A stretch of 41,435 nucleotides of DNA, taken from the NCBI GenBank assembly GCA_014905635.1, contig CM026548.1, forward strand, positions 1,550,001-1,591,435, given 5' to 3'. Positions 1 to 12,149 of the stretch are shown here, in pieces. The stretch comes from Scenedesmus sp. PABB004. Lineage: Eukaryota. The position numbers were made by a program, and so were the translations under genes. Position 1 is the first letter of the stretch. Each line of letters opens with the position of its first letter. The notes beneath the pieces are model-generated. The model searched no databases and had not been told where the DNA came from. It saw nothing but the letters and a program-made list of their open reading frames with translations.

Positions 1-1470
1 AGAGCAAGCATCGTGCTGCGCGGCGGCAAAGGGGTGGGTTGTGAGGGGGCGGCCGCGCGGGCAGGCGACGGCGCTGGCGAGGAAGGCGGCGCAGCGCAGC
101 GGCTGCCGCCGGCACGGCGCTGCCGTCGGCGCCGCGCGCGTCGCACGGCAGCCCTCCTCACCTGCCGCCGCTGCCGCCCGTCACGCGGAGCTGGCAGCGG
201 CTGCCGGCCGCGCCCGCCGCGTAGTCGTAGGTCGCCCACTGGCAGGCGTCCCCCGGGTAGCTCCGGCACGCGTCAGCGCACGCCTCCAGGCTGGCGGCCG
301 ACGCGAGCACCAGCCCGGTGCCCGCGTCGAGCCGCCAGTTGCCCTCGCCCGCGGGCGCAAACTCGGCGACGCACGCGGCGGCGCTGGCCGACCCCGGCGC
401 CGACGTGGCGCGCGGCGTGAAGGGGTTGGTGGTGCCGTTTGCCGAAAAGGTGAACACCTGGCCCCTGCTGGAGCAGGGGCTGCAGGCGAGGTCGCCCGGG
501 GCGCGGTCGTCCCCGCCAAACGTCCCGCTGGCGCAGGGCGCGCAGGGGCCGCCGGCCGCCGCCGCGCCCGTGCCGGCGGGGCACGCTGCACGCGGGCCGG
601 CGAGGCGCGGGGCGGGGCGCGTGAGGCGGAGTGCTGCGAGACGCGCACGAGGCGCAGCCAGCTCCCCGGCGGCGGTGCAGGAGCAAAGCAGCCGCGCCGC
701 GCATACCCACCGCTGCAGTCGGCGGCGCTCGTGGAGCCCTCGTCGGCCGTCGTGCGGCCGTTGGGGCAGGTCGTGCACGCGCCGTCGCTCGCGTTGGCCC
801 GGATGGTCCGCTCCGCGTCCGCGTAGCGGCCCAAGGGGCAGGGCGCCACGCCCGCGAGCGGGCTGGCGGCGTTGGGGTATGCGAAGCCGGGCAGCACCAG
901 GGAGCAGGCCGCGACCGACGCCGACTCGCGGCCGGGCGTGGTCGTGCCCGCCGGGCAGGCGACGCAGCGCGCCGGCTGCTGCCCGTCCGCGCCGAGCCAG
1001 CTGTACGTGCCGCGGTCGCACGGCGCCGCCGTGGTGCCGCTGTAGCCCCAGCCGGGGCGCGGGCGGCACGCCTCGGGCGACCAGAAGCCGCCGGTGCCGG
1101 GCTCAAAAAAGTACGCCGCCGGGTCGGCCGCCGCGACGGCCAGGTCGGGCGTGAGGGTGCCGGCGGGGCTGCGGCGCGGCGCACGCGCGCAGAGGCGGGA
1201 AGGGGGGGGGGAGGGCTGAGCGACGGGGGAGCGCGGCGCGGCAGGGGGCGCGGCGCTGCGCGCCGGTGCTGCGGGCGCGCGCGCGCGAGAGGCGCACCAG
1301 GGCAGGCAGGGCTCGACGTCCAGGTCGTAGCTGACGCTGTCGTTTGCGCCAAACTGGCTGAACGTGTTGTTGTTGCACGTGACGGCCCACCAGATGTCGG
1401 GGGTGGTCCCGTTGGGCGACCGCGACACGAGCATGCCCTGCCCGCGCCGGATGTCTGGCGCGCGACGCGG

Positions 1471-1504
<34 letters not shown>

Positions 1505-4114
1505 CGGGGTGAAGCGTGAGACCGCAGCGCAGCACGCCGCCAGTCGGTGCAGCGAAGCGCGCACCGCCCCCGCCGGCGGCACCCGGCCGCCCCGGCGCGG
1601 CCGCGCCCGACTCACAGCACGACGCGGCCGAGCGCGTTGCCAGCAGCGCGGGCGGCTTGCCCGAGCCGTCGTCGGCGAGGGCGAAGCGGTCGAGCGGCTG
1701 GTTGCGCGCCGACAGCACGCCGTCGCCGCAGGGCAGGCATGAGAATGCGCGCGGGTCGTCGGGCGCCAGCCAGAGGGGCTGGTACTCGCCGGAGGTGTTG
1801 GTGGCGGGGTCGCCGTTGGCGCAGGGCACCACGCTGGGCTCGTCGTACTCGTCCAGCTGCAGGCGGTGCCCCGGCGGCACGACTGCGCGCGGCGTCGGAC
1901 GGGGAGCAGGGCGATGGTGGGTGTGGGTGTGGGTGGGTGGGTGTGGGGGTGGGTGGGTGGGTGGGGGGGGGGGGGGGGGGGGAGCGGGAGGCAGCGCCCC
2001 GCCCGCGCGGCGGCGACCGCGGGGGCAGTCAGTGCGGCGACCGCGGGGGCAGTCAGTGCGGCGCCCGGCGGCGCCCACCGCAGTCGAGCGTCGAGTTGCC
2101 GCCCGGCCAGCGCGTCCAGAGGCCGCGCACGATGTCGCCGCACGGCAGCGTGCCGCTGCCGTTGACGCGGCCGCCGGGGCAGTAGTAGTCTTGCGGGCAC
2201 AGCTGCGCGGGCGAGGGCGCCTCGCCGTCCTGGGCGACGAGCGAGCCGTCGATCTGGCGCGACGGGTCGATCCAGGCAAAGCCAGGGTTCAGCGCTGCGC
2301 GCGGCGGCGCGGCGGCGGCGGCGGAGCAGGTGAGGCCCTGCGCGCAGCCCTCAGTCAGCCCTCGCGTTCACCCCGCCCCGGCCAGGCGCGCGTCGCTGCC
2401 AGTGCTGCTGCCAGTGCATGCGCGGCGCGCACCGAAGCACTCCTGGAACTCCTTGGCAGCCCTGCCGGCGGTGGTCGTGCCGCGGGGACAGTCCTCGCAG
2501 CGCCGCGCGTCGCGCGAGTCGGGCGGCACAAAGCCGGAGCGGTACTGGCCGCGCAGGCAGCGGGCGGGGCCCGCTGTGCCGTTGACGAACCAGCCCGGAC
2601 CAACCACTGGAGGGGGGAGGGGAGGAGGCAGCAGAGCGGGCGCGGCTCAGCCTCAGCGCGCCTGCGCCGAGGCGCGGCCGCCGCGCCGCGGCGAGCCACT
2701 CACTGCAGTCGTCCACCGACGAGGGCTGGCGCGCTGCGCGCGCGTCGGTTCGCAGGTCGGTGGGGCAGGGGGTGCAGTCGACCTGCTTCTCCAGGCCCGG
2801 GTTGTAGGAGTTTTTGGGGCACAGGCCGGCGCCGGGGCGCGACGAGTTGACCGCGACGACGTACCTGTAGCCCGGGCTGTTCACTGCGGCGCGACGGCGG
2901 CCAGGCCGCTGACGTTGATATTTGCGGCGGCGCGGCGCGGCGGCGGCAGCGCGCCCGGCCAGCGCCGGCGCTGGGGGGGGGGTAGGGGCGGGGCGCGGCG
3001 AGCCCGCCCTCACCGCAGTCGTCCCAGGACGCGCCGCCCGTGGTCAGGGTGGTGAGCCCCGTGGTGTCCGCCCTGTTGCAGGTCGCTGGCGGGATGAGCA
3101 GCCCCCTGCAGATGCTGCCGACCGGGCAGTCCTCACACTGCGCCGTATCGTTGCTGCGGTAGGTCCCGGGGAGGCAGCCGCACTGGGCTGGCCGCACCGC
3201 CCCCGGCGCGAGCGTGGTGAGGCCGTCGGGGCAGGGCGTGGCGACCGACTGCGCCGCCGGGCCGCCGCGGCAGAAGGAGCCCGTGGGGCAGACGTCGCAC
3301 GGCGGGTCGTCCTCCTGGTCAGTGCCGTTCCCCCCAGGGCTGGTGGCATTGGCCAGGTAGCTCCCCGGCAGGCACCCGCACTGGCTCAGCCGCCGCGCGC
3401 CCGGCAGGACCGTGGTGAGGCCGTCGGGGCAGAGCGTGGTGACCGACTTGGCGGCCGGCCCGCCGCGGCAGAAGAAGCCGAGGGGGCAGAGCTGGCAGGG
3501 CAGGCCGTCTGCGGGGGCGTCGCCGGTTCCATTGTACAGGTAGAACCCGGGCAGGCAGCCGCACTGCGCCGCGCGTGTCGCGCCGAGGACGAGCGTGGTG
3601 AGGCCGTCGGGGCAGGGAACCGCCTCTGCCGCCGCGCCGCCGGGGCAGTAGGAGCCCTTGGAGCAGGCCTGACACTCCCCGCTCTCCCCAAGAAACTGCC
3701 CGGCGTCGCAGACTGCGGGGCGGGCGCGCGCGCACGCCAGGCGCGTGAGGGGCGGCAGGCCCTGCGCGTGCTGCGGTGCGCAACCCTGGCCCCCAGCGCC
3801 AGCCGTGCGCACCGTTCTGCAGGAGGTGGCGGCCCAACGGCCGGACCGTGATGCCAGAGAGACGCCCTGCGCGGCAGCGGCGCGAGCTCAGCGTGCGCGC
3901 CACGCTGGTCGCACCGCTGCTTGCGGCGCAGGCGGCGCGGGTGCGCGAGAGCCTCTAGCTTCTTACTTAGTGCTGAAAAGCCGTGCGGCCATGCTTCGGC
4001 ACCGCCGGCGAGGCCGAGCGCGAGCAGGGCGAGCAGCGCTGCCGTCGCCGTGCGGGCGCCGCCGCGCCCGCCGCGCGACGGCGCCGGCCCGCCGGCAGCT
4101 CGGCGCGCGCTCAT
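1..4114 (-). CDS. Secreted Cys-rich repeat protein, paralog 1 (multi-exon; 3' end runs off the window)
   Basis: ATG at 4114 gives MSARRAAGG...ALLALLALGLAGGAEA (signal peptide), then GRHLLQ. GT-AG exons encode CxxCxxGxY/CPxGxTT repeats (e.g. VCDAGQFL...CSKGSYCPGG, VNSPGYRY...CPKNSYNPG, VVPPGHRL..., CPAGTG...CASGTFG) and a PAN/apple-like motif SLEACADACRSYPGDACQWATYDY...RCQL. The last exon appears to start at position 15. Confidence 0.85.
3100..3712 (-). repeat. Three tandem ~60-aa coding repeats in one exon of paralog 1
   Basis: CPDGLTTLxxGAxRxxQCGCLPGxY occurs three times; aggccgtcggggcag recurs at about 3220, 3418 and 3601. Confidence 0.85.
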
Positions 4115-4936
4115 TTCAGGGGCGCCGGGGTCTTGGCTGGTGCATGGCACCGCCTCCAGCTCGCGGGAGGCCCAGGCCGGGCGCGCAGCGGCCTGGACGC
4201 GGGCGGATGGCCAGGCGCGCGCGCTGCAGCTGCGACGGTGCTTCGGGCGTGCCAGCGAGTGCTTCGTGTCCTGCGGGATGCGTCCTACACTGGGAGCGGG
4301 CCGCGGCGGTCTGCAGCTGGCGCAGGACAACGTTGCGCTTGCCGCCTGCTTTGCCCCCGCAGGACACCCCTGCTCCCGCCGCGTGCGGCGCGCCCTGGCC
4401 CCACGGCTGCGGCTCACGCAGCTCCCAGAGCTGGATCACGATCTTTGGCGGCCGGCGTGGGCCCTGCCCGCGCTCCGGCGACCGACTGGCCCAGAGCAGC
4501 TGACCTTCACGACGAACCGGCCCTGGCTGGCCGCCGATCGCTCTCTCGCTGGCCCGCACCCCTCCGACAGCGCAGGTGGACCGCACACAGCTGGTGGCGG
4601 CGAGCGTCCCGCCAGGTGGCCGCCGCCGGGCGCGCGCGGGCGGGCGGGCGGGCGAGGTCGCGGGCAGCGGGCGCGGGTGCCGCCGCTGGCCGGTGGCGGC
4701 TGGCCGGTGGGGCCCTGTGCGGCAACGGGGTGTGTGCAAGCCAAGGTCCGTGGCTGGCTGCTTGCTGGAGCGCCTCCGCCGCGCGGGTGGCGCGTCCGCC
4801 GCTGGTGCGGGATGCAGTGGCGTCCACTACAAACCGAGCCCTGCGCGCACACGGCGGGCTGTGGGTTGTGCTGCTTGTGGCGGACGCGCCGGCTGCGTCT
4901 GCAAGACTCGCCGGCTGGCACTCTAGGCCCGCAAGC
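3993..4936. repeat. ~944-bp direct repeat, copy A (signal-peptide coding plus upstream region of paralog 1)
   Basis: Matches 9426-10369 at constant offset 5433; the ORF-track translations in both copies are identical. Confidence 0.95.
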
Positions 4937-5066
4937 CCACCGCGCCCGCTACCAGCAGCGCGCAGCGCCCGGCACGCCCGCGCGCGCCGACAGCACCCGC
5001 GCCCGTTGCACGGTGACTTGCCGCTCTGCTGCGACGCGGGCCCGCCTGTGTGCACTGCACTGTTTG

Positions 5067-5071
5067 TTACA
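5067..5071 (-). terminator. Putative TGTAA polyadenylation signal of paralog 2
   Basis: TTACA on the plus strand about 250 nt downstream of the stop at 5322, in a locally AT-richer patch. TGTAA is the known chlorophyte signal. Confidence 0.55.
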
Positions 5072-5321
5072 AACGTCAAGGATTAAACGAAGACCCGATC
5101 ACAGCATGCGGATGGCGCCGGTGGTGCGTGCACACCAGCGCGCACGCGGCGCCCGGTCGCCAGCATCCCAAGTGGGACGCCGCTGCCGCGACGCTCAGGA
5201 CCAGCAGCAGGTGCTGGCGTGCGCCACACAATTGCATTTCGCGTCTCTGTGTGAGGGAACTTCAGGGGACCGAGACAGAGACAGGGAGAGAGAAATAAGC
5301 AGTGCTAGTGAGCGATGCAGG

Positions 5322-8300
5322 TCACGGCAGCGGGCTGTCGACGCGCGACGCGCGTGTGCGCAGCAGGGTGCGCTGCGTGTTGTCGGGCGCGTAGGGCTGA
5401 CCCTTGGCCAGCGTGCACGAGGCCACGCTGCCGCCAGCGACGCCAAACCGCACCGCCGCGCAGTTCGAGGACACCGTGCACGCGTCCAGGCAGGCGGCGA
5501 TGCTGGTAAAGGCGCCCGGCGCGCCCTCGGCCGCGGTCATGGCCACCCCGACCTGCCCCGGCGCGTCGTCGCGCCACCAGCTGAAGACGCCGGTGCCGTA
5601 GTCGCGCGGCGCCGCGGACGCGCGCGTGGCGTAGGGGGAGACGACCTTGTAGGCGAGCAGGGCCCTGCAGAGGGGAGGGAGGGGGGGGTGAGCGGGGGGG
5701 GGGGGGATGAGCGCGGGCTCGCCCCGCGCCAGCCCAGCCCGGCCGGCCGGTTGGCTGGCAGCGCCGCTGCCGGGGGCGCACAGCGCTGGCGGCGCGCCGC
5801 ACCCCGAGGTGCCGGGCGGCGGGGCGCGGAGGAAGCAGCGGCGCGTGGCGTAGTCGTAGGTGAGATACTGGCAGGCCGCCGCCGCCCCGCACGCGGCCAC
5901 GCACGCCTCCAGGCTGGCCAGCGGGCTGCCGGGCGCCTCCGACATGCCCGGGTCGCCGCCGGCGCTGAGCCGCCAGTTGCCGTCAATCACCTGCAGCGGC
6001 CGCAGCGGGCGCGGGCAGGCGGGGAGGGCGGACGGGGGTGGGGCGGTCAGAGGTGGCCGGACCGCTGCCGGCCGCGGCGCCGCCGCCAGGCCGAGGCCTG
6101 CCCCGAGGTGGGCGCACCGGCGCAAACGCGACCAGGCACTGCCCCTGCCGTGATGCGCCGACCTCTGACACGGCGGTTGAGGCGAAGAAGTTAAAGCTGG
6201 CGTTGAAGGGAAAGGAGTAGACGGCGCTCACGGGGCACGCCCTGCAGCCCAGCACCTCCACGTCCACGCCGCCCGCCCCCAGGGCAGGGCGGTCGTCGGA
6301 CCCGAAGCTGCCCGCGGGGCAGGGCAGGCACGCAGCGCCCCGTGCCTGCACGCCCGTGCCAGCGGGGCACTCTGCGAGGGCGCAAGGGTGGGACGAGGGC
6401 GGAGGGCGGGAGGGGGTGAGCACCTGCGCGCCGGCCCGCCCCAACAGCCACCACTGTCTGCGAGCCCACTCTGCATGCCCCCACCCCCGCACCGTCGCAC
6501 TCGGTTGCATTCCTGGCGCCCTGCTCGCCGGTGGTGCGGCCGCCGGGACAGGGGCTGCAGGGCTGGCTTGTTGACTCTGTGATCTGGCGCAGAGCGTCAG
6601 CATAGGTGCCTGGCGGAGGGCGGTGGGCACGGTGAGCACAGCGAGCAGCCGCCGGCAGCAGCGATCACGCAGCGACGCCCGGGAGCGGGCGCACACACGT
6701 GCTCCTCACCAATGGCGCAGGGCTCGATGAGGCTGCCACGGATGGTGGCCACGCTGGCGCCGCCGGGCGGCAGCGTGTAGCTGTAGCCCGGCGCCACCCA
6801 GCGGCAGGCGTCCACCGAGGCCGCGCCGCCCGCGTCAGTCGGCGCGTCGGTGGTGGTGCCGTCTGGGCAGGCAGTGCACTGGTTTTGCTCGTCGCCCCTG
6901 GCGTCATTGTACGAGCCCTGGGGGCAGGGCGACGCCTCGCCACCGTAGAAGCCCCAGCCGGCCGGCGTGGTGCAGGCCAGGGGCGAGGTGAAGCCGCGCG
7001 TGGTGGTGTTGAAAAAGGTGCGCTCGGGGTCGCCGGCAGCCACGGCGGGCGCCGCGGTGGCGGTGCCGGTCGGGCAGGGAGTGCAGGGCAGCGCCGACAG
7101 GCCGAACGTGTCGCCGGGCGGGCCGTAGCTGCCCGCGCCGCACGTGACCGCCCGCAGCACAGGCTGGCCGCCATCGCCGGTGCCGTCCTGCCGCAGGCCC
7201 TGCCCGGCGCGAATGTCTGGCGGCGGGGCCGAGGCGGGCGGGGGCGGAGGCTGGTGAGCGGGCCGCGCGCGCGGCGGTCTGGGCAGCAGCGCGCCGCGTC
7301 ACTCACAGCAGGAGGCGGAGGTGCGCGCCACGAGCTTCACGCCGCTCGGCTCCCGGACGATGAGGGTGGGCGTGTCGGCGAATAAGGCCAGCGGCTCGTT
7401 TTTGGCCGACATCACGCCCACCCCGCAGAGCCTGCAGGACGCCGCCAGCGGGTCGCCGGGCGGTAGCCAGGTCGGCTGGTACGTGCCCCAGCTGGCCGGG
7501 CTGCTCGCGTCGCCCGCGCCCTCGCGGTTGACGCACTCCGCCACCTCGCCGTTGGCGCCGGCCAGCGAGTGACCCGGCGGCACCACTGCGGCGGCGGCGT
7601 GGCGGCGGCGGCAGGTCTGCGCCAGCCCGCGCGCCGGCAGCGCGCTGGGCGAGCAGCGCGCTGGGTGGCGCTCGCGGCCCTCGCTCGCGGCCCAGCGCGG
7701 CAGCCGCGGCAGCAGTGGCGCGGCCGCCACTCACGGCAGTCGGCCTCGCTCGTCGCGCCGCGCGTGCGCGTCCACAGCCCGCGCGGGCACCTCACGCGCC
7801 CCACGCCGTCGGCTGGGGCCAACTGCTTGCTGAGGCCCAGCGTGCCTGGGCAATAAAAGTTCTGGCTGCACAGCCACGGCTGAAGCCCCGCCTGCGCCAG
7901 GCGCCGCCCCGTGAGCGAGGCAGGCATGACGCCCCAGAAGAAGCCAGGCAGCAGCACTGGTACACGCACGCGCGGGCGGCGGGGCCGCGGGGCGGCAGGG
8001 GTGAGGCCTCCGACCGTGCGTGGCTCAGCGCCGCGCTGCGGGGGCGGCGCGCCCCGCCGCCGCGCACCTGAGCAGTCGCTCTGCTGCTTGCTGCCGGCGG
8101 CGAGGGTGCTCGAGCCGGCCCGGCAGCGCGTGCAGCGCACAGGGCCGGCGCCGGTGACGGCCCAGCCCTCTCGGTACTCGGCTCGGGGGCACCGAATCGC
8201 GCCGCGGGCCCAGTAGCGCCCCGGCTCGACCTCTGCGGGGCGCGCGCGGGGTGGTGGGCAGAGCCCGCCTGCCTGCCTGCCTGCGGTCGGCAGGCGCGTG

Positions 8301-9547
8301 CTGCCAGGGCGTGTCGTCGCCGCCCGCCGCGGGGCCCGCCGCCGCGGCGCTCACTGCACACGGCTGATGTCGTGCGGTTGGTTGGGGGGTCGGCGGGGTC
8401 GGTCTTGAGCGCGCCAGGGCAGGGCTGGCAGGCAGCCTGGCGCCGCAGCCCAGGCGAGTAGGTGTTGTCGGGGCACAGCCCCGCGCGGTGGTTGCTGCCC
8501 GTGAGGTTGCCCAGCCCCACGCCAGTGGCGTCCGCCACAAAAAAGTAGCCCGGCCGGTTCACTGCGCGCCGGGCATGGGCGGGGGCGCGGCCGCGCGGCG
8601 TGAGGGACGGCAGCGCCCGCCCCTCCCCGTCCAGAGGCGGAGCCGGCGGCGGCAGCTGCGCGCGGCAGCGCCGCGCGTGTCGCGTCGAAGCGCACCGCAT
8701 TGCGAGCGCGTGGCTGCCCGAGGCTGCAGCGTCGTGAGGCCAAACGTCGATGCCTGGCCGGGCGCGGGGGGGCCTGCCTCGCCGTCGTAGTTGCATGAGA
8801 ACTGCACGGACGCGGCCGCGGTGCCGCCAGGGCTGCGCGCGAATGGGCGGCGGTGAGCGCGGCGGTGAGGGCGGCTGCGGCAGCCTGCCGGAGCGGCGTG
8901 TGCCTGTCAACGGCCAGCGCGCATGCGCTGCTCACCAGTAGCTGCCGACCGGGCAGTCGTCACACACCCTCGAGTCGTTCAGGAACCGGCCTGCCCTGCA
9001 GCCTGTGCGGCGGGTCAGGGGCGGGAGGGGTGAGCGCTGGCAGTGCCGGCGGCGCGCACGTGGCGGCACGCACGTGCGTCGCGGCTGCCACTGCGCCGCT
9101 CTGGCAGCTGCTTGGTTCAGCTGAGCGGCCGCCCACGGCGTCGCAGCTCACCGCAGCTCCCGTCAACGGCAGGCACGCGGTTGGCCGAGCAGTCGAGGCA
9201 GATGATCAAGCCGCTGAGGATGTCCTGCACGCACCCGCCCGGCTCGCAGCCTTCGGGGCAGGTGAGCGCCGCCTGCCGCAGCCGTCGCCCAACACCTGGC
9301 GGCCGCACGGAAGGGGTGGCGGCGTCGCTCCGGGACGGCGCGCAGCAGCGGCTGCCGAGGGCCTGCGACGGCATCAGCTAATCTGGGTGGTATGCTCACC
9401 AGACGCTGCTTCGTCTTGACGCCGCGCTTCGGCACCGCCGGCGAGGCCGAGCGCGAGCAGGGCGAGCAGCGCTGCCGTCGCCGTGCGGGCGCCGCCGCGC
9501 CCGCCGCGCGACGGCGCCGGCCCGCCGGCAGCTCGGCGCGCGCTCAT
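5322..9547 (-). CDS. Secreted Cys-rich repeat protein with two C-terminal PAN/apple-like domains, paralog 2 (multi-exon)
   Basis: ATG at 9547 with the same signal peptide as paralog 1. Then GRRLRQ-CPEGCEPGGC..., VNRPGYFF...CPDNTYSPG, CSQNFYCPG, VVPPGH..., CPQGSYND, SLEACVAACGAAAACQYLTYDY, SIAACLDACTVSSNCAAVRF. Stop at 5322. The exons I checked splice in frame. Confidence 0.88.
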
Positions 9548-10369
9548 TTCAGGGGCGCCGGGGTCTTGGCTGGTGCATGGCACCGCCTCCAGCTCGCGGG
9601 AGGCCCAGGCCGGGCGCGCAGCGGCCTGGACGCGGGCGGATGGCCAGGCGCGCGCGCTGCAGCTGCGACGGTGCTTCGGGCGTGCCAGCGAGTGCTTCGT
9701 GTCCTGCGGGATGCGTCCTACACTGGGAGCGGGCCGCGGCGGTCTGCAGCTGGCGCAGGACAACGTTGCGCTTGCCGCCTGCTTTGCCCCCGCAGGACAC
9801 CCCTGCTCCCGCCGCGTGCGGCGCGCCCTGGCCCCACGGCTGCGGCTCACGCAGCTCCCAGAGCTGGATCACGATCTTTGGCGGCCGGCGTGGGCCCTGC
9901 CCGCGCTCCGGCGACCGACTGGCCCAGAGCAGCTGACCTTCACGACGAACCGGCCCTGGCTGGCCGCCGATCGCTCTCTCGCTGGCCCGCACCCCTCCGA
10001 CAGCGCAGGTGGACCGCACACAGCTGGTGGCGGCGAGCGTCCCGCCAGGTGGCCGCCGCCGGGCGCGCGCGGGCGGGCGGGCGGGCGAGGTCGCGGGCAG
10101 CGGGCGCGGGTGCCGCCGCTGGCCGGTGGCGGCTGGCCGGTGGGGCCCTGTGCGGCAACGGGGTGTGTGCAAGCCAAGGTCCGTGGCTGGCTGCTTGCTG
10201 GAGCGCCTCCGCCGCGCGGGTGGCGCGTCCGCCGCTGGTGCGGGATGCAGTGGCGTCCACTACAAACCGAGCCCTGCGCGCACACGGCGGGCTGTGGGTT
10301 GTGCTGCTTGTGGCGGACGCGCCGGCTGCGTCTGCAAGACTCGCCGGCTGGCACTCTAGGCCCGCAAGC
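9426..10369. repeat. ~944-bp direct repeat, copy B (signal-peptide coding plus upstream region of paralog 2)
   Basis: Identical by eye to 3993-4936; degraded similarity continues to about 10520 versus about 5040. Confidence 0.95.
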
Positions 10370-11176
10370 TCACCGCGCCCGCGGGGCGGCGGCGCGCAGC
10401 GCCCGCGGGGCGGCGCCCGGCACGCCCGCGCGCTGACAGCACCCCGCGTCGCCCTGGTCGCCAGCTTCCTCGGCACCCGCGCGTTGCCGCCGCACGGTGA
10501 CTTGTTGCTGCAACGCGGACTCTGAGCCTGCCGGCTGCCAATCCTAGTCGCGTTTGGGCAAGCGGGGGGGGGGCGTTGCTGACCACTGGCCCTGCGAGGC
10601 CGCCTAGCTCCTGCTGGCGTACCACGAGCGGCTGCATCGGAGGGGGACGTTCGTTCGTTAACGTTGACCTGGCGTCAAAGCACCTGGCGTCGAAACACAT
10701 TCATCATAGGAAGACATGCCCGAAAAGCGGTGTGGGTGCAACCGTTGGCAACTCATGAGCCGGCCACAAGCCCCTTCTGCCATGAAAAAGCCTGCGGCCC
10801 GCGTACACCTCGCTGGCTGGCTGCGCACCACGGAGTTCTTTCAAACAAACACCAGCTCGGCCTCCCTCCCCCCTCAAGACCAAGTTCCCCAGAGACTCGA
10901 CGCATTATTCGTCCGTGTTGGGCCAGCATTAAACCTGTTGGACCGCCAGAAGCTCGGCCCGATCCAGGTTGGGCCCGCGGCAGCGGTGCGGCGCACGCGC
11001 CGCCGCACGCGCCGCAGACAGCCGCGCCCAGGTCTTGGCATCCGGCAAGCGCGATTCCTGCGGGCTGCCGCCACGCGTTTTCACAGCAAACGGTGGTGCT
11101 TGCGGTGCTTGCGCCGTTGCAAGCCGCGCGCGCGCCACGACAAGTGAGTTGGTCAACCAGTCTTGGACGCCGCGCC

Positions 11177-12098
11177 TCACACGCTCGCCGGCCGCTCGCC
11201 GTCGAGGCGCGTGCGCACGAGCGAGCGCCAGGGGCTGGCCATGTCGTTGACGGTGCCCTGCAGCAGGGTGCAGGCCTGGGCCGCCCAGGTCGCGTCGGAG
11301 CCGGTCACCGTGCCAAAGTGGACCGCCGCGCAGTCGGTCGAGTCCGTGCAGCGGTTGAGGCAGTCGCTCACGCTGACAAAGGCCGGGGTGGAAACGCTGG
11401 TGAAGGAGGCCATGGCCGTGCCGGCGGTCGCGCCCGCGCTGTCCTTGTACCAGCTGAACTGGCCGCTGCCCTGGTCCGACGGCGCGGCGCCGGCGCGGCG
11501 CGCGAGGCCGGAGCCGGGCATTACCTTGAAGGCGACGCGCTGCTCGCTGCGCGGGGCGCGCATGGGGGGGGGGGGGGGAGAGGGGGGGTCAGCAGATGTG
11601 CAGGCGCGGCGCGACGCGCCGGCGCGGCCCAGCGCGCTGGCGCGGCGCAGCGGCGCGTGCTGCTCACGTGGCGTTGGCGGCGGTGCGCAGGTAGCACTTG
11701 GTGGTGGCGGTGCCGGCGTAGTTGTAGGACACATACTCGCAGTTGTCGGTGCACGCGGCCACGCACGCCTCCAGCGACGCGTGGGTGTTGGGGCTGCTGG
11801 TGGGCCCGGAGACGAGGTTGGCGTCGGGGGTGCTGTTGAGGTACCACTTGCCGTCCAGGACCTGGGCAAAGCCCGTCACGCACGCGCTCGGCAGCGCCGC
11901 GCCGGCGGGCGTGACGGCGGTGCTGTTGAAGACGTTGAGGCTGCCGCCGTAGGAGAAGCTGTACACGTTGGCGGGGCCGTTGCAGCTCACGCACGCGAGC
12001 TCGGCGGCCACGCGCCAGTCGGGGCCGTACGTGCCGCTGGCGCACGGGGCGCAAGCGGCGCCGCTGTTGGCGGCGCCCTGGCCGGCGGGGCACACTGC

Positions 12099-12149
<51 letters not shown>

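Noticed and set aside
10520..11170. AT-richer intergenic stretch with a short direct repeat (ACCTGGCGTC twice, about 10667-10692) as an RNA gene or mobile element
   Set aside because: No tRNA, snRNA or terminal-repeat structure recognised; most simply the 3' UTR of paralog 3 plus spacer.
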